64,000 bases of DNA. Source: Squalus acanthias. Taxonomy: Eukaryota. The position numbers and the translations under genes were made by a program. Where the stretch lies: contig CM059432.1 in the NCBI GenBank assembly GCA_030390025.1, positions 116,500,001 through 116,564,000 on the forward strand, in the 5' to 3' direction. Of the stretch, positions 1 through 12,886 are shown one piece after another (position 1 is the stretch's first letter; each line of letters starts with the position of its first letter). The notes under the pieces were generated by a model. It was not told the origin of the DNA. It saw only the letters and a list, made by a program, of their open reading frames with translations, and ran no database searches.

Positions 1-396
1 AATGCGTCAAAACAGATAGAGAGAGGGAGCGGAAAACAACATTACCCACAGTTTGGGACATGAATGCTGTGGGCTAGTTGCCAAGTTTTGGGCACTGACA
101 TTCGATGCTATAGTCAATGGCGACCTGGTCAGTTGCCAGTTAAAGTTAGTTATACATCTATCATCAATGAATTAACCTCTCATCTGGTGAATAGTAACGG
201 ATGTGGTTTTGCTTATAATCACCTGAACTTAAAGTAAATGATTTTAGATGCTTGCTTGTAATAAGTACATGAATTGAGTAGTTTGTATTCTGCTAATTAC
301 TTGTAACCTCTTGCTGATTTTTAAGTAAGTTTCGCAGATTCATTGGGTTTTGTGTTGTCTGTTCCACGAGTCTGAACTCTATAAACTGTCAGACAA

Positions 397-1812
397 TCAG
401 AGCATCTTGCACCATCTATCCTCCATATCAGACCATCTATTTAGAAGAGTCACCATGCTCATTTGAGTCTGGCGATTTATGTCCTCCACGGAGGTTGCCA
501 TCCTTTCCATGGCAGCACCTACATTCGCCACTGAGTGCACCACCGCATTGTTCATGTTTGAGATGGACTCCTCCATTCCCTGCACACTCGCAGTTACCGT
601 GGATGCAAACCCTGTCAGAGATTCCTGCACATGTTCCTGAAGTTCCAGCACCGCTCTCTTTCTGGATGACCCCAGATGCACAGCGTCTACACGCAGCAGA
701 GCAGAGTTAGGAGCATCCTGCGACCTCCGACGAGGATTCTTCAGTGCTGTCGTTGTCTCCACCATCTCCTGATGCTCACTTGTGAGCTGTGATACACCAG
801 GTGACAACACTACTCTATGTCGTGAAGGACCCACCGAGGTGTGCGTTTCTGCGCTGGAGCTGGGTGTGCTGATTTCTGGTGACGCTGCAGGATCCTCTGA
901 GGAGTTGTCCGGCTCTTCCTCCTGGACAGTGGGGAGGGGGGCTCTCGATGGTCCTGTGGGGGAGTAAAGGCATGAGTTAGACATGTGATATTTAGGTAGC
1001 AGAAACATCCTATTGTGCAGATGATCAGAACTCAATCTGTATGAACATCAGATGCCATATCAGTCACTCATGAAATCTAAATGAGAGGGTTGCAAATCTA
1101 TTCTGTCACCAGCTTGCTCTACAGCGCCCGTCTGACTGTCCCCCATTTCTAGCTCCTCTGCACCTCCGACAATGTCGAGAACAGCCTCCTCAGCGTTTGT
1201 TAAAGTTGCGAGGGATGGTGGGCCTCCTCCTGTCCTCGCTCTCTCCCTCTTATTGTGGGCTCTCTTTTCCTGCAATGAGGGACACAAGTGGAGTTTCAGC
1301 AAGATTGATGGAGTGAGTGTAAAGATTCCATAATTTAGAAGCTTAGAGGGAGACAAAGATGGAGTGAGGTGCCAAAACCAAGGTGCCTCCCTGTGCGTTG
1401 TTTGTTGTTGTCATTGCGAGTGTAAGGGGTGCATAGTAGGATGGTGAAGTGATTCTGTACAGAGAGAGAGAGGGATAGGTAAGGGTGCAAGGGAAGTAAG
1501 GGTAAGTTGGGATGTGGAGGAGTAGGTTGACAATGCAGAGTGCTGGTGATGAGAACAGATGGGAAGCGGATTGAAGGTAAGTGTGATGTGATACTCACTT
1601 TTGATGAGCGTAGCAGATCATTGTACCTTTTTCGGCACTGCACCCAGATGTGTGAGCACAATGACCAGCCAGACTGCCTTTGCCTGCTGAGGAGGCTTCC
1701 TCCGGCCATCGAGAGGGAACAGAACGTCCCTGCGCCCTCTTACTCCCTCCACAAGAGAATGGAGGGAGTCATCATCAAATCTAGGAGCAGCCTTCAATCT
1801 TGCAGCAGTCAT
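397..1812 (-). pseudogene. Harbinger Myb/SANT partner gene, 3 exons (1599-1812, 1110-1269, 397-953), frameshifted in exon 1, 3'-truncated
   Basis: APRFDDDSL..LFP..W..QCRKRYNDLLR; exon 2 EKRAHNKRERARTGGGPP; GT-AG sites at phases 0 and 1. Confidence 0.85.
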
Positions 1813-2081
1813 TTTCAGAAGACCTGTTTTCAGGAGCAGCATAAACCAAATGAAATGCAAAGGCTACATGGGCCCCTTAAAACCTCCTGAATGGAAGACG
1901 TCAGCAGAGGCAAGCAGCACACCCGAACCCACTGATTGGGCCGGGTAGCGCACACGGCGGGCTTAATAAACCCAATTAAATTAAAATCGTGATTTCGGAG
2001 CGGTTTAAGCCGGCATCGGGACTGGAAGCCGCCGACCACTCAACCCGACTCCAACCCGCCTGCACTGGGAAAATCACGGCC
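397..2081 (-). mobile_element. Truncated PIF/Harbinger element (Myb end only)
   Basis: Terminal AAAATCACGGCC at 2070-2081; its extended reverse complement GGCCGTGATTTTCCCAGTGC resembles the copy C left end. Carries a Myb partner gene; the transposase half is absent. Confidence 0.8.
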
Positions 2082-2313
2082 AAAGTTTTCGTCAGTTTCA
2101 ATGATTTCGGTGATTTCACTGATTGCCAGCTCTGTGGGGTTGGAGGTGGGAGGGGGGCACAGCGCAGCCTGTTTCGGAGCTGTCAATGACTGACTGCAAC
2201 TTCGGGATTTCCGCAAGCGCCTGCGCCAAATCCCGAAGTTACGGTTAGTTTCAAAGGCGGAATGATGGCGAACGCTGCCAGTTCGCCGTCATCCCGACAG
2301 CAAATTCCGGGCC
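2082..2313. mobile_element. End of a non-autonomous Harbinger-like element with internal hairpins
   Basis: Ends AAATTCCGGGCC (TIR-like GGCCCGGAATTT). Perfect 13-bp stem at 2198-2240 and 11/12-bp stem at 2262-2292. Confidence 0.5.
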
Positions 2314-2524
2314 AATGAGTGAAAAATTCAACAAGTATTGATAAATTGCAAAGAAACTTGAAGATGCAAAGATCTTTAGTCAGAACCACCAATATCATAA
2401 TAAACCATTTTGAATAAGAATATTTGTGCATGAGCAAACATTCACCCGAGGCTGGGGGAAACAAACTGAAAATAATATTACTGTGGTGTGATATTGCTGG
2501 CTTGTGGAATCCTACAAAAATTAC

Positions 2525-2634
2525 CTGGGCAACACGTAGCACCAGTTACTTGAAATAAAATGCTTTGGAATTACAGCAAATCTGTTGTTGTAGAAATTCT
2601 TCAACACTCCCGTTGATATGTCAAAGTCTTCAAC
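2525..2634 (-). CDS. C18orf63: C18orf63 homologue coding exon 7 (gene continues beyond left edge)
   Basis: ttcatAG|...|GTAATT; 110 nt, phase 0->2; VEDFDISTGVLKNFYNNRFAVIPKHFISSNWCYVLP(S/R), containing the SNWCYVLP motif. Confidence 0.9.
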
Positions 2635-2981
2635 CTATGAATTAAGAAAGATTTTCTTTTTAATAATCAATTAAATATAATATATAGTTGATCTTCCATG
2701 GTGTTGCACACAGTGAGTCAAGACCAAGTATAGTCTTCAAGTGAAGTAGTTTGACGGTTGGGGGATAACTGGAGCAAGGTGCACGGATAGGAGTTGTGCT
2801 GCAGTAAAGGCTGGGGAGCTGGGAGACGCAAAACGAAGGTGCTACAGTCTCACCACTGATAAGAAAGTGCGACAAGTTTACACAGGCTCTTTCCATTATA
2901 AATATGGGCATAGAAATTTATACTGGGAAACTTATGACAAGTGACAACAGCAAGTAAGGTTTTGTAGACTATATATATATA

Positions 2982-5100
2982 TAAGAACATAAGAACATAA
3001 GAAATAGGAGCAGGAGTAGGCCAATCGGCCCCTCGAGCCTGCTCCGCCATTCAATAAGATCATGGCTGATCTGATCCTAACCGCCAATCTACTATCTATC
3101 ACAGAACCATCTCCTGCATCTAACAGAATTGCACACACGAAATAGGAGCAGAATCAGGCTACACAGTCCCTGGGCCCGCTCCACTACCCACAGGGCCATG
3201 ACCGATCCGAACCTAGACTCATGTCCAAATTCCTGCCCGCTCCCCGTAACCCTTAATGCCCTTTACTTCTAGGAAACTGTCTATTTCTGTTTTAAATTTA
3301 ATTAATGTTGTAGCTTCTACAGCTTTTTGTGGCAGCATATTCCATGGACCTACCACCCTCTGAGTGAAGTAGTTCCTCCTCATCTCAGTTTTGAAAGAGC
3401 AGCCCCTTATTCTAAGACTATGTCCCCTAGTTCTCGTCTCACCCGTCATCGGGAACATCCTCCCCGCATCCACCCGATCCAACCCCTTCACAATCTTATA
3501 TGTTTCAATAAGATCGCCTCTCATTCTTCTGAACTCCAATGAGTAGAGTCCCAATCTACCCAACCTCTCCTCATATGACCACCCCCTCATCCCCGGGATT
3601 AACCGAATGAACCTTTTTTGCACTGCCTCGAGAGCAAGGATGTCTTTCCTTAAGTAAGGACACCAAAACTGTATGCAGTATTCCAGGTGCGGTCTCACCA
3701 ATACCTTGTACAACTGAAGCAATACCTCCCTATTTTTATATTCTATCCCCCTAGCAATGAAAGCCAACATTCCATTTGCCTTCTTAATCACTTGCTGCAC
3801 CTGCATACTAACCTTTTGAGTTTCGTGCACCAGGACCCCCAGATCCCTTTGCACTTCAGTACTCTCCAGTTTCTTGCCATTAAGATAATAAATTGCTCTA
3901 GGATTTTTCCTGCCAAAGTGCATCACCTCACACTTTCCAGTGTTGTATTCCATCTGCCAAATCTCTGCCCACTTACTTAGCCTGTCTATGTCCCCTTGCA
4001 GGTTTTTTATGTCCTCCTCACTCACTACTTTCCCTCCCATCTTTGTATCATCTGCAAATTTTGATATGTTACACTTGGTCCCTTCCTCCAAATCGTTAAT
4101 ATAGATTGTGAAGAGTTGGGGACCCAGCACTGACCCCTGTGGAACACCACTAGTTACTGATTGCCAGTCTGAGAATGAACCATTTATCCCAACTCTTTGC
4201 TTTCTGTTAGATAGCCAATCCTCTATCCATGCCAGAATATTACCCCCAATCCCGTGATTTTTTACCTTAAGCAATAATCTTTTGTGTGGCACCTTGTCAA
4301 ATGCCTTTTGGAAGTCTAAATACACTACGTCCACTGGTTCCCCTTTATCCACTCTATATGTTACTTCCTCAAAGAACTCCAGCAAATTTGTCAAACATGA
4401 CTTCCCCTTCGTAAAACCATGCTGACTTTGTCCTATTAAATTATGATTATCCAAATGTCCTGTTACTGTTTCCTTAATAATGGACTCCAAAATTTTACCT
4501 ACCACAGATGTTAGGCTAACCGGTCTATAGTTACCAGCCTTCTGTCTACTGCCCTTTTTAAATAAGGGTGTTACATTAGCAGTTTTCCAGTCTGCCGGGA
4601 CCTTAGCGGAATCCAGGGAGTTTTGAAAAATTATTACCAATGCATCTACAATCCCTACCGCCACTTCCTTCAAGACTCTAGGATGTAAGCCATCAGGTCC
4701 AGGTGATTTATCCGCCTTGAGTCCCATTATTTTACCGAGTACCACTTCCTTAGTGATTTTGATCGTGTTTAGCTCCTCTCCCCCTATAGCCCCCTGTTTG
4801 TCCAGTGTTGGGATATTCTTAGTGTCCTCTACTGTAAAGACTGATACAAAATATTCATTCAGTGTTTTTGCCATCTCCATATTTCCCACCATTAATTTCC
4901 CGGTCTCATCCTCTAAGGGACCAACATTTACTTTAGCCACCCTTTTTCTTTTTATATAACTATAAAAACTCTTACTATCTGTTTTTATATTTTTTGCTAA
5001 TTTACTTTCATAATCTATCTTCCCTTTCTTAATCAATCTTTTTGTTATTTTTTGCTGCCTTTTAAAGTTTTCCCAATCCTCTGTCCTCCCACTAGATATG
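2982..5100 (-). mobile_element. CR1 LINE, 5'-truncated, with uninterrupted ORF2 RT segment (3219-~5100)
   Basis: [39 protein letters not shown] motifs; 3' stem-loop and (TTCTTATG)n tail. Confidence 0.95.
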
Positions 5101-5179
5101 GCTATTATTCCTACAAATGCACATTGTGCTAAAATGAATAAAGACATATGTCACTTACAGCAACAAGGCAGAAAGTATT

Positions 5180-5480
5180 TTTATAAAAGCATATTGTAAG
5201 ATGAAGGCCATTCAGCCCATCTAAATTCATCCAGAAAGATGTAATGTCTCCCTATTGCACCATCCAATTGTTTCTTCAAGACTTTCAGGATTTTTGTCTC
5301 CTCTACTCTATCTGGAAGTATATTCCATATGCTGATCAATGTGAAGAAGAATTTCCTGGTATCAGTCCTAAATATATCTTTAGTTTGAATCTGTGTCAAT
5401 TTGTCCTACTCTCGCAATTTAATTTAATTTAAAGTAATAATCCAGATTTATGTTTTCCATTCCATTCCTTTCCAGGCATT
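5180..5480 (-). mobile_element. Degraded CR1 3' fragment
   Basis: FRTDTRKFFFT..WNILP resembles the CR1 ORF2 C-terminus; CR1-type tail. Confidence 0.65.
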
Positions 5481-5589
5481 CCTCATAATTTAGACATGTG
5501 ACAACAGGAATCAGTCTTGTGGCTCTTTTCTGCACTGCTGCCCGCATTTAAAAGTCTCCCATGTGCCTCAACGACCAGAATTGACACAG

Positions 5590-5915
5590 CACCAGTGAGC
5601 ATGATAGCGTGGTTGTTACTTTACTGGACTAGTAATTCAGAGCCCTGGATTTATAATACAGAGAACGCGAGTTCAGATCCCACCGTGGCAGTTTGTGAAT
5701 TTGAATTCAGTTTAAAAAAAACCTAAATAAATCTGGAATAAAAAACTGTTTATCAGTAAAAGTGACCATGAAGCTGACGGAGTGTCGTAAAAACCCAACT
5801 GGTTCATTGATGTCCTTTAGTGAAGGAAATCTGTCATCTTTACCTGGTCTGGTCTATATGTGACTCCAGTCCCACACCAATGTGGTTGACTCTGAAATGG
5901 CCTAGCAAGCCACAC
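5590..5915 (+). mobile_element. LF-SINE-like tRNA-derived SINE (head and body)
   Basis: B-box-like GAGTTCAGATCCC; body GTAAAAACCCAACTGGTTCA..GAAGGAAATCTG..TGTGACTCCAG..GGCCTAGCAAGCCAC recognised as LF-SINE type. Confidence 0.7.
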
Positions 5916-5919
5916 AGTT

Positions 5920-7530
5920 TGCAACCAGCTTCAGCCAGAAGTGCCGAGTGGATGATCCATATCGGCCTCCTCCTGAGGTCCCCACCATTACAGAAGCCAG
6001 TCTTCAGCCAATTCGATTCACTCCACGTGATATCAAGAAACGGCTGAGCACACTGGATACAGCAAAGGCTATGGGCCCCGACAACATCCTGACTATTGTG
6101 CTGAAGACTTGTGCTCCAGAACTAGCCGCGCCTCTAGCCAAGCTGTTCCAGTACAACTACAACACTGGCATCTATCTGACAATGAGGAAAACTGCCCAGG
6201 TATGTCCTGTCCACAAAAAGCAGGACAAATCCAACCTGGCCAATTACTGCCCCATCAGTCTACTCTCAATCATCAGCAAAGTGATGGAAGGTGTCATCGA
6301 CAGTGCTATCAAGCAGCACTTACTCACCAATAACCTGCTCACCGATGCCCAGTTTGGATTCCGCCAAGACCACTCGGCTCCCGACCTCATTACAGCCTTG
6401 GTATAAACATGGACAAAAGAGCTGAATTTCAAAGGTGAGGCGTGAGTGACTGCCCTTGATATCAGGGCAGTATTCGACCGAGTGTGGCACCACAGAGCCC
6501 TAGTATGACTGAATTCAATGGGGATCGGGGAGAAACCTCTCTAATGGCTGGAGTCATACCTAGCACAAAGGAAGATGGTCATGGTTTTTGGATGCCAATC
6601 ATCTCAGCCCCAGGACATTGCTGCAGGCGTTTCTCAGGGCAGCATCCTCGACCAAACTATCTTCAGCTGCCCTGACCATCATAAGTTCAGAAGTGGGGAT
6701 GTTCGCTGATGATTGCACAGCTCCATTTGCAATTCTTCATATAATGAAGCAGTCCGTACCTGCATGCAGCAAGACCTGAACATCCAGGTTTGGGCTGATA
6801 AGTAGCAAGTAACATTCGTGTCACACAAGTGCCAGGCAATGATCATCTCCAACAAGAGAGAGTCTAACCACCTCCACTTGACATTTTACAGCATTACCAT
6901 CACTGAATCCCCCACCATCAATATTCTGGGAGTTGCCATTGACCAGAAACTGAACTGGACCAGCCACATATTTATGTGGCTACAAGAGCAGGTCAGAGGC
7001 TGGGTATTCTGCAGCGAGAGCCTCTCCACCACCTACAAGGCACAAGTCAGGAGAGTGATTGAATACTCTCCATTTGCCTGGATGGGTGCACTGCAACAGC
7101 ACTCAAGAAGCTCAACACCATACAGGAAAAAGCAGTCCGCTTGATCGGCAGTCATCCACCACTTTAAACCATGGTTGCAGTGTGTATTATCTACAGGATA
7201 GACTGTAGCAACTCACCAAGGTTTCTTTCGACAGCACCACCCAAACCTATTACCTCTATCGTATAGAAGGACAAGGGCAGCAGGCTCTTGGGAACACCAT
7301 CGCCTCCAAGTTCCCCTCCAAGTCACACACCATCCCGACTTGGAAATATATCTCCGTTCATCATCATCGCAGGATCAAAATCCTGGAACTCCCTCCCTAA
7401 CAGCACTGTGGGAGTACTTTCACCACATGGACTGCACTGGTACAAAAAGAAGACTCATTATCACCATCTCAAGGGCAACTGGGAATGGAGAATAAATACT
7501 GGCCTTGCTAGTAGCACCCATATCCTGAAA
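5920..7530 (+). mobile_element. Degenerate CR1/Jockey-group LINE (LF-SINE partner type), RT and 3' end
   Basis: KAMGPDNI, NYCPISLLS, QFGFRQ, MFADD; tail GGGCAACTGGGAATGGAGAATAAATACTGGCC; stops and frameshifts. Confidence 0.85.
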
Positions 7531-7540
7531 TTTTTGTTAA

Positions 7541-7865
7541 CATAAGAATAAGAAATAGGAGCAGGAATAGGCCACTTGGCCCCTCGAGCCTACTCTGCCA
7601 TTCAGTAAGATCATGGCTGATCTAGGGCTCAAAGCCACTTTCCAGCCCGCTCCCCATAACCCTTCACTCCCTTATCTTGCAAAAATTTGTCTATCTCCAC
7701 TTTAAATGTATTTAATGACCCAGCCTCCACAGCTCTGTTAGGCAAGCGTATTAAGGGTTACGGAACCAAGGCAGGTAGATGGAGTTAAGATACAGATCAG
7801 CCATGATCTAATTGAATGACGGAACAGGCTCGAGGGGTTGAATGGCCTACTCCTCTTCCTATGGG
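7541..7865. mobile_element. Two CR1 3' ends in opposite orientation
   Basis: Minus-strand tail 7541-7735 abuts plus-strand tail 7736-7865. Confidence 0.8.
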
Positions 7866-8677
7866 AATGAATAAAAACAATATGTATAATTTGTGAGTTT
7901 TACAGGAAAAATTTATATTTAGAAATATTGTGTACGGTGTGCACTTTTCTACACACAAACACTACTTCCTGTTGTCAAACCTTTGTGTGAACATTTACTA
8001 TTGTAAATTGCCATGTCAACATTTCCCATTCAGTTTTCCTAATGTCAACCATCATGATGCAGATGCATTAGGTGCCTTTGTGGACTCAGTTTCTAAAATC
8101 TCTCTCCCAACTTCCTTGCCATCTTGTATATAAAAGAAACTTATATTCATCAACTGAGCATGGGCAACTACACAAGGAATTTACTGGTATAAACATTTAA
8201 TTTAAAATTTATTGGTGTACCAACAAAATGTACATTTTGGGATACAGTATGTGAGTAATCTGAGACATGACATGTGGTAAGTGCAGTATGCTTGGAACAG
8301 AGTGGTGACTTTGCACCTATGGTTCCCAAAGCTCTCCACCACTGGGGTTTTCATCACCTCATGTCTGGGTCTGTTGTAGACTAATCGATAGAGATTGGTT
8401 GCTATGACTAGTCAACAACTCTGTTATCATTGTATCATGCAACTACCAGGATGGTAGAAGGCAAACTAGATGGACCTTGGTCTTTTTTCGTTCCCACAAG
8501 TCATAGGATACAGGTTCACAGCCACAATTTCACCTTGAGTTTGACTGAAAGTAGGTTTTCCACCCTACTAGCCAGAGAATAATGCAGTGTGCACAAATAC
8601 CCAAAATAGGGATAAAAACCCACTAAATGATTTTTTAAATAAAATTAAAACTTAAAAGGAAAAAAAGCAGGTCATAC

Positions 8678-8754
8678 CTTAGCCAGAGACAGTCGAATAG
8701 TGGAAGCTTCCACACTAATACACAGTTGGGTCTCTGAGACATTCAACTCCATAA
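8678..8754 (-). CDS. C18orf63: C18orf63 homologue coding exon 6
   Basis: ttacAG|...|GTATGA; 77 nt, phase 1->0; (V)MELNVSETQLCISVEASTIRLSLAK. Confidence 0.9.
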
Positions 8755-10272
8755 CTGTAATTAAGAAGTACATAGTACCACTGATTAAATTAGTAACTCT
8801 TCAGTATTATAACTCTTTAACCTATAACTGTTGAAAAAGTTTGTCACATTTTTTAACATGTTAAATTAACATTGGTGATGGTGACCTTTTTTCAAAAAAA
8901 TTTAATCTCACATTGCAAATGCATTGAGTTAGAATTGTCACAAATCAATAATTTACTAAATGCATCTCTGACAAACGTCAGTACTTAAATTTCAAAGAAC
9001 AATCTATCTATGTAAAGGAGAGTGTCACACTTCAAAGTGTCAAAAGTACCAAAAAAAAGACAAAAGGCACGTTCTATTTTTTTGACCTTGAGCAAGATAA
9101 TCTGCAGACTTCTCACCAAACAGCAATTGAGCTCCAGCTGACCCCAGGACCCATTTACACCACTCCCCATAGGGAGTACCTGAGCAATGGTTTTAAAAGC
9201 ACATACTGGGTTAGGAGCCAAACATCACAACCATACTCCAGAGACTTGCCACATCATGAGAAATCAGCTTTACTTTGGAGCCTGCAGCCTGAAGAAGCTT
9301 TGAGAAGTGATTTGCAGAATTACAGAAGAGCTTTTAAAGCCATTTTATTTTGCCTTGTACCTGGATACAACTGGGCTTGCCACTGACATCCTGAAGACAT
9401 ATGAGACCCCTGGGATATTTACGTTAAAGGCATTATATAAATGCAAGTTGTTGTTGTTGTCTAATCTGCCCTCACTATCACCAGGACAGCAATCAAGCTC
9501 CACTGATGCTTGAAATGAAGAAGAATTTTCTATGATGCTCCATAAATGAGGGCTGCAGACTCTATATCAAAGCTCGGAGATTGAGCTCGGAGTTTGCATC
9601 TAAGTGTGATTTTGCTCAAGCGTCCTTTTTAGGTGAGTACCCATGAATTCTGGGTCCCACTATTCTGAGGCGATGGACAGCCTTCTCTTCTGCCTCTGAT
9701 AGAAAGGTCGCACATCCTCACCCACTGGATCGCTTTTTTCATGGTCTGTGAAACATCCGGTTCTGCATAACTTACACTATCTATTTTCCCTGCCCTAGGT
9801 GACAAAATCTGAGCTGCTGCTGGGAATGTGAAAGCAAGTGATGCTAAGAGGTGACATCGAGGGGGTTGGGGCAGAGGAACATGGGGCAGGATCTTACTCC
9901 ACAGAATCTTTAGTGAACTGGTCCTCATCATCATACTCAATGAGAAAAAAAATTCTACTCTGCTCCTCATCACCTCCCTCCTCTGGTCCCCATTGCTGTG
10001 ATGGATCTGCAAGAAAGGAAGACATGAACTTATAATGGGGGAGAAGAATACCCTTGAGATGAAGGAGACAAAGAAGGGTGTCAAAGCTTCTGACTGTATC
10101 CTGCTTCACATGCCATGGCGACTGTCCAGAGCCTGCAGCCTGCACTGTCCTATTAATCTCGTCATCTCCCAGTGTTTGAGCACAGGGCGTGATCTCTCAA
10201 AGGGAAGATGCCTCTTCCAGTGGCCTGCCTTTCATGGGCATAGTGTACAACTTTCTCCTGTAACAAGATTAA

Positions 10273-10451
10273 AGGTGGGAACTTCAGCGAGGGTGGAAAA
10301 CAGTTGGTAGCGGATTGGCCACACATTATACACTGCGCCCAATTATTTTTACCATTGACTTCCACAGAAAGGAAAATCCGGCAAGGTGTACAGTGCATGG
10401 CTGATTTGCTACAGCCCGTTTTATGCCCCCACAAAGTTGAAAGTTCCACCC
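10273..10451. mobile_element. Palindromic MITE (Harbinger-like)
   Basis: Long imperfect inverted repeat (GTAGCGGATTGGCCACACATTATACAC / GTGTACAGTGCATGGCTGATTTGCTAC), centre CCATTGACTTCCACAG, ends AGGTGGGAACTTC / GAAAGTTCCACCC, flanked by TAA. Confidence 0.65.
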
Positions 10452-10817
10452 TAAGGGGGAAAAATTCAGTCGCGCCCCGTTTGGGGCGCACATATTGTCC
10501 GGACGCAAAAATTAGCGCCTGGCGCTAATTATCGCCACTGACTGGAAACTTCACTTTTAACGCCCCTGGAGGTGATTGGAGCGCTAAATCAGGCGCTGCA
10601 CACCTGTCTTAAGGCGCAAAGGCCGAGGAGTGAGGCGCTAACTCAGAGCGCGAGCGCAGCGCAGGTGCTGCCAGTTAGCGAGGGAACACAGACACACTGG
10701 CGCCGGCCAGTTCTTAAAGGGGGGGGGGGGGGCGATCTTGCTCCCCAGCCACACCCTGCTCATTACAGCCTTGAATCTCGGCCTGGAGAGACCTGTGAAT
10801 CCATTTTGCAGCCAAGG

Positions 10818-12662
10818 ATGGAGAGGGTGAGAGAACGAGCTCAGCGCTTCACCGAGCGGGCCTTGGATGCTCTGGTTGGCGCGGTGGAGTGCCGAAGAGC
10901 AATACTGTACCCAGAGAGTGGCAGGAGGCCTTTGCCGCGCGACTACAGAAGAGTGTGGAGGGAGGTGGCTCAGCGCGTCTCCTCCAGGAGCATGGTGCCC
11001 AGGACCCATGTCCAATGCCGGAAAAAGTTCAACGACCTCACTCGGGTCGTCAGGGTGAGTGGCTTTTTTGCAATACCTCTCCATCCCTCCATCTCAACCT
11101 CACTCTATGGCCAGAGGGTCTTAAAACCACAATTAACAACACTCATCCAACACCTATGGCCCTTTCATGAAGCACACACACACATTCCATACTTTGCATA
11201 CAGTAAGGGCTATTCACCTGTGCGAGGCACATCAGGCAAGACCATGGCTGTATACAGCAAGGGTTATTCACCTATGGGAGGCACATCAGGCAAGACCATG
11301 GCTGTATACAGTAAGGGCTATTCACCTATGGGAGGCACATCAGGCAAGACCATGGCTGTATATTTACTCAGACGCCGTCCTTTTTCTTGCAGGCCAAGCT
11401 GGCGCATAATAGGAGACAGCAGCAACGGACGGGTGGAGGGCGGCCTCAGCTGCAACCCCTCAGCGATCTGGAGGAGCGCGTCCACAGGATTGTGGCAAGC
11501 CGGGTGATCGGTCCCGTCGCCACTGGAGACGCCGACCCCGTTCTGGACAGCAATGGTAAGGTCATCACCTTTTTGTCATCTGTCCTTCCACTTGTCCCTC
11601 ACAACACCAGCCTTTGACACTTTCAATCCAACTTACTAACTCGCTGCACTTATTCCTCCCTTACTGCCACCCTGTCCTCACGCTAAAGCCACTCTTGTAC
11701 CTCCCTGCTTTCAGATGGTGATTCACCAGCTGAGGAGACGGGCCCTGAAGCTGCCAGTGGGAGTGAAGCTGCAGCCGAGGAGGAAGAGGAAGCCGGAGCA
11801 TCAGTGCCACCCTCTCCCGAGGAAGCCCATGCCGACACTGGGAACACGCCTTCCCTGGAGGGGAGCAGGGGGGAAGGGTCTGATGAGGGTGAAGCTTCAG
11901 GACCCAGCGGGCTGCAGCAACGCGATGGGGGTAGGGAAGCTCGGGGGCCTTCTCCCCGGAGGGAGAGTATGCCAGCGAGTCCTGCTGCACTGGACGCAGA
12001 GGAGGAGCAGCTGATCGCGGAAATGAACACCTAGGCGGTGGGCATGCACACTGAGCTCATGGCTGCAGTGGGTAGGGTGCCCGAATGCATTGAAGCACTG
12101 GCAAGGAGTGTGGAGCACTTCGCTGCAGCGCAGGCGGATGCGACACTGAAGCTCAGTGCTGCAATTGAATCGCAGACTGCTCTCATGCAGACTCAGATTG
12201 AGGCCACGCGAGTACTGTCTGCTGCCATCCTCGCTGGTTCGTTCGCATTTCCCCGGGGCTCTCACCACGCCGCAGCAGGCCAGCAATCTGTGCTCCAGCA
12301 GATTGCTCCGGATGCTGAGGTGCTGCCCCGTGGGAGTGCCAGTGTGCCGGTCGAGCAGGGAGTTGCTGTGCCTCGCTCAAGATGACAGCATTCCTGCTGC
12401 CACCACTGTCACTTCTCCACTGCAGTTGCCAGCGCCTGTAGGACAGACTGCTGCCGCCCATGCAGAGTTGGTGCAGTCTGCAGCCGGGCCCTCCAGGCCC
12501 AGAGCTGGTCGAGGCCGTCCCTCAAGGGCATCTGCATTGTCAGGGCCTGACAGTCAGCAGCCTTCCACCAGCCTTGCTGCAGCCACTGAGGTCCCATTGC
12601 GGAGGAGCAGTAGGGTAAGAAGGGGGGAAGGGCGCACGGGAAGGAGTTCACCCTCGATGTAG
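10818..12662 (+). pseudogene. Copy A Myb/SANT partner gene, exons 10818-11054, 11393-11555, 11715-12662
   Basis: RAQRFTERAL..W.EVA..QCRKKFNDLTR; AKLAHNRRQQQRTGGG. Premature TAG at 12032-12034 (CAG in copy B) and frameshift at ~12371. Confidence 0.9.
11199..11360 (+). repeat. 54-bp tandem repeat x3 in Myb intron 1
   Basis: Unit TACAGTAAGGGCTATTCACCTATGGGAGGCACATCAGGCAAGACCATGGCTGTA. Confidence 0.95.
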
Positions 12663-12886
12663 GAGGTGTGACAAAATGCTGGTCATTTTTTTATTAAAGG
12701 CCGAGGTTCGTGGTCAAACTTTTGTTGAGTGTTTTGCACATGATCTCCAGGTTGTGAGAACCAGTTATGGTAATGACTGTTTTTTTGTGTTTATTTCTAT
12801 GAGTTTGTCATGAAGAAATGACACACACAGAGTTTGTAAAATAAATAAGTTTTGGTACTCAAAATATACATGTTTGGTGTTTGGAA

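Noticed and set aside
1..396. Possible LTR end truncating the first Harbinger
   Set aside because: LTR-like composition and a CA end near 394, but no partner LTR, PBS or PPT is visible.
9830..10145. Acidic ORF fragments as another transposase remnant
   Set aside because: No recognisable DDE or SANT motif.
11199..11360. CRISPR-like array
   Set aside because: Head-to-tail 54-bp units with no unique spacers, inside a eukaryotic intron.
10572..11507. 311-aa ORF as a real single-exon protein
   Set aside because: It runs through a GTGAGT donor at 11055 conserved in the sister copies; the spliced model fits better.
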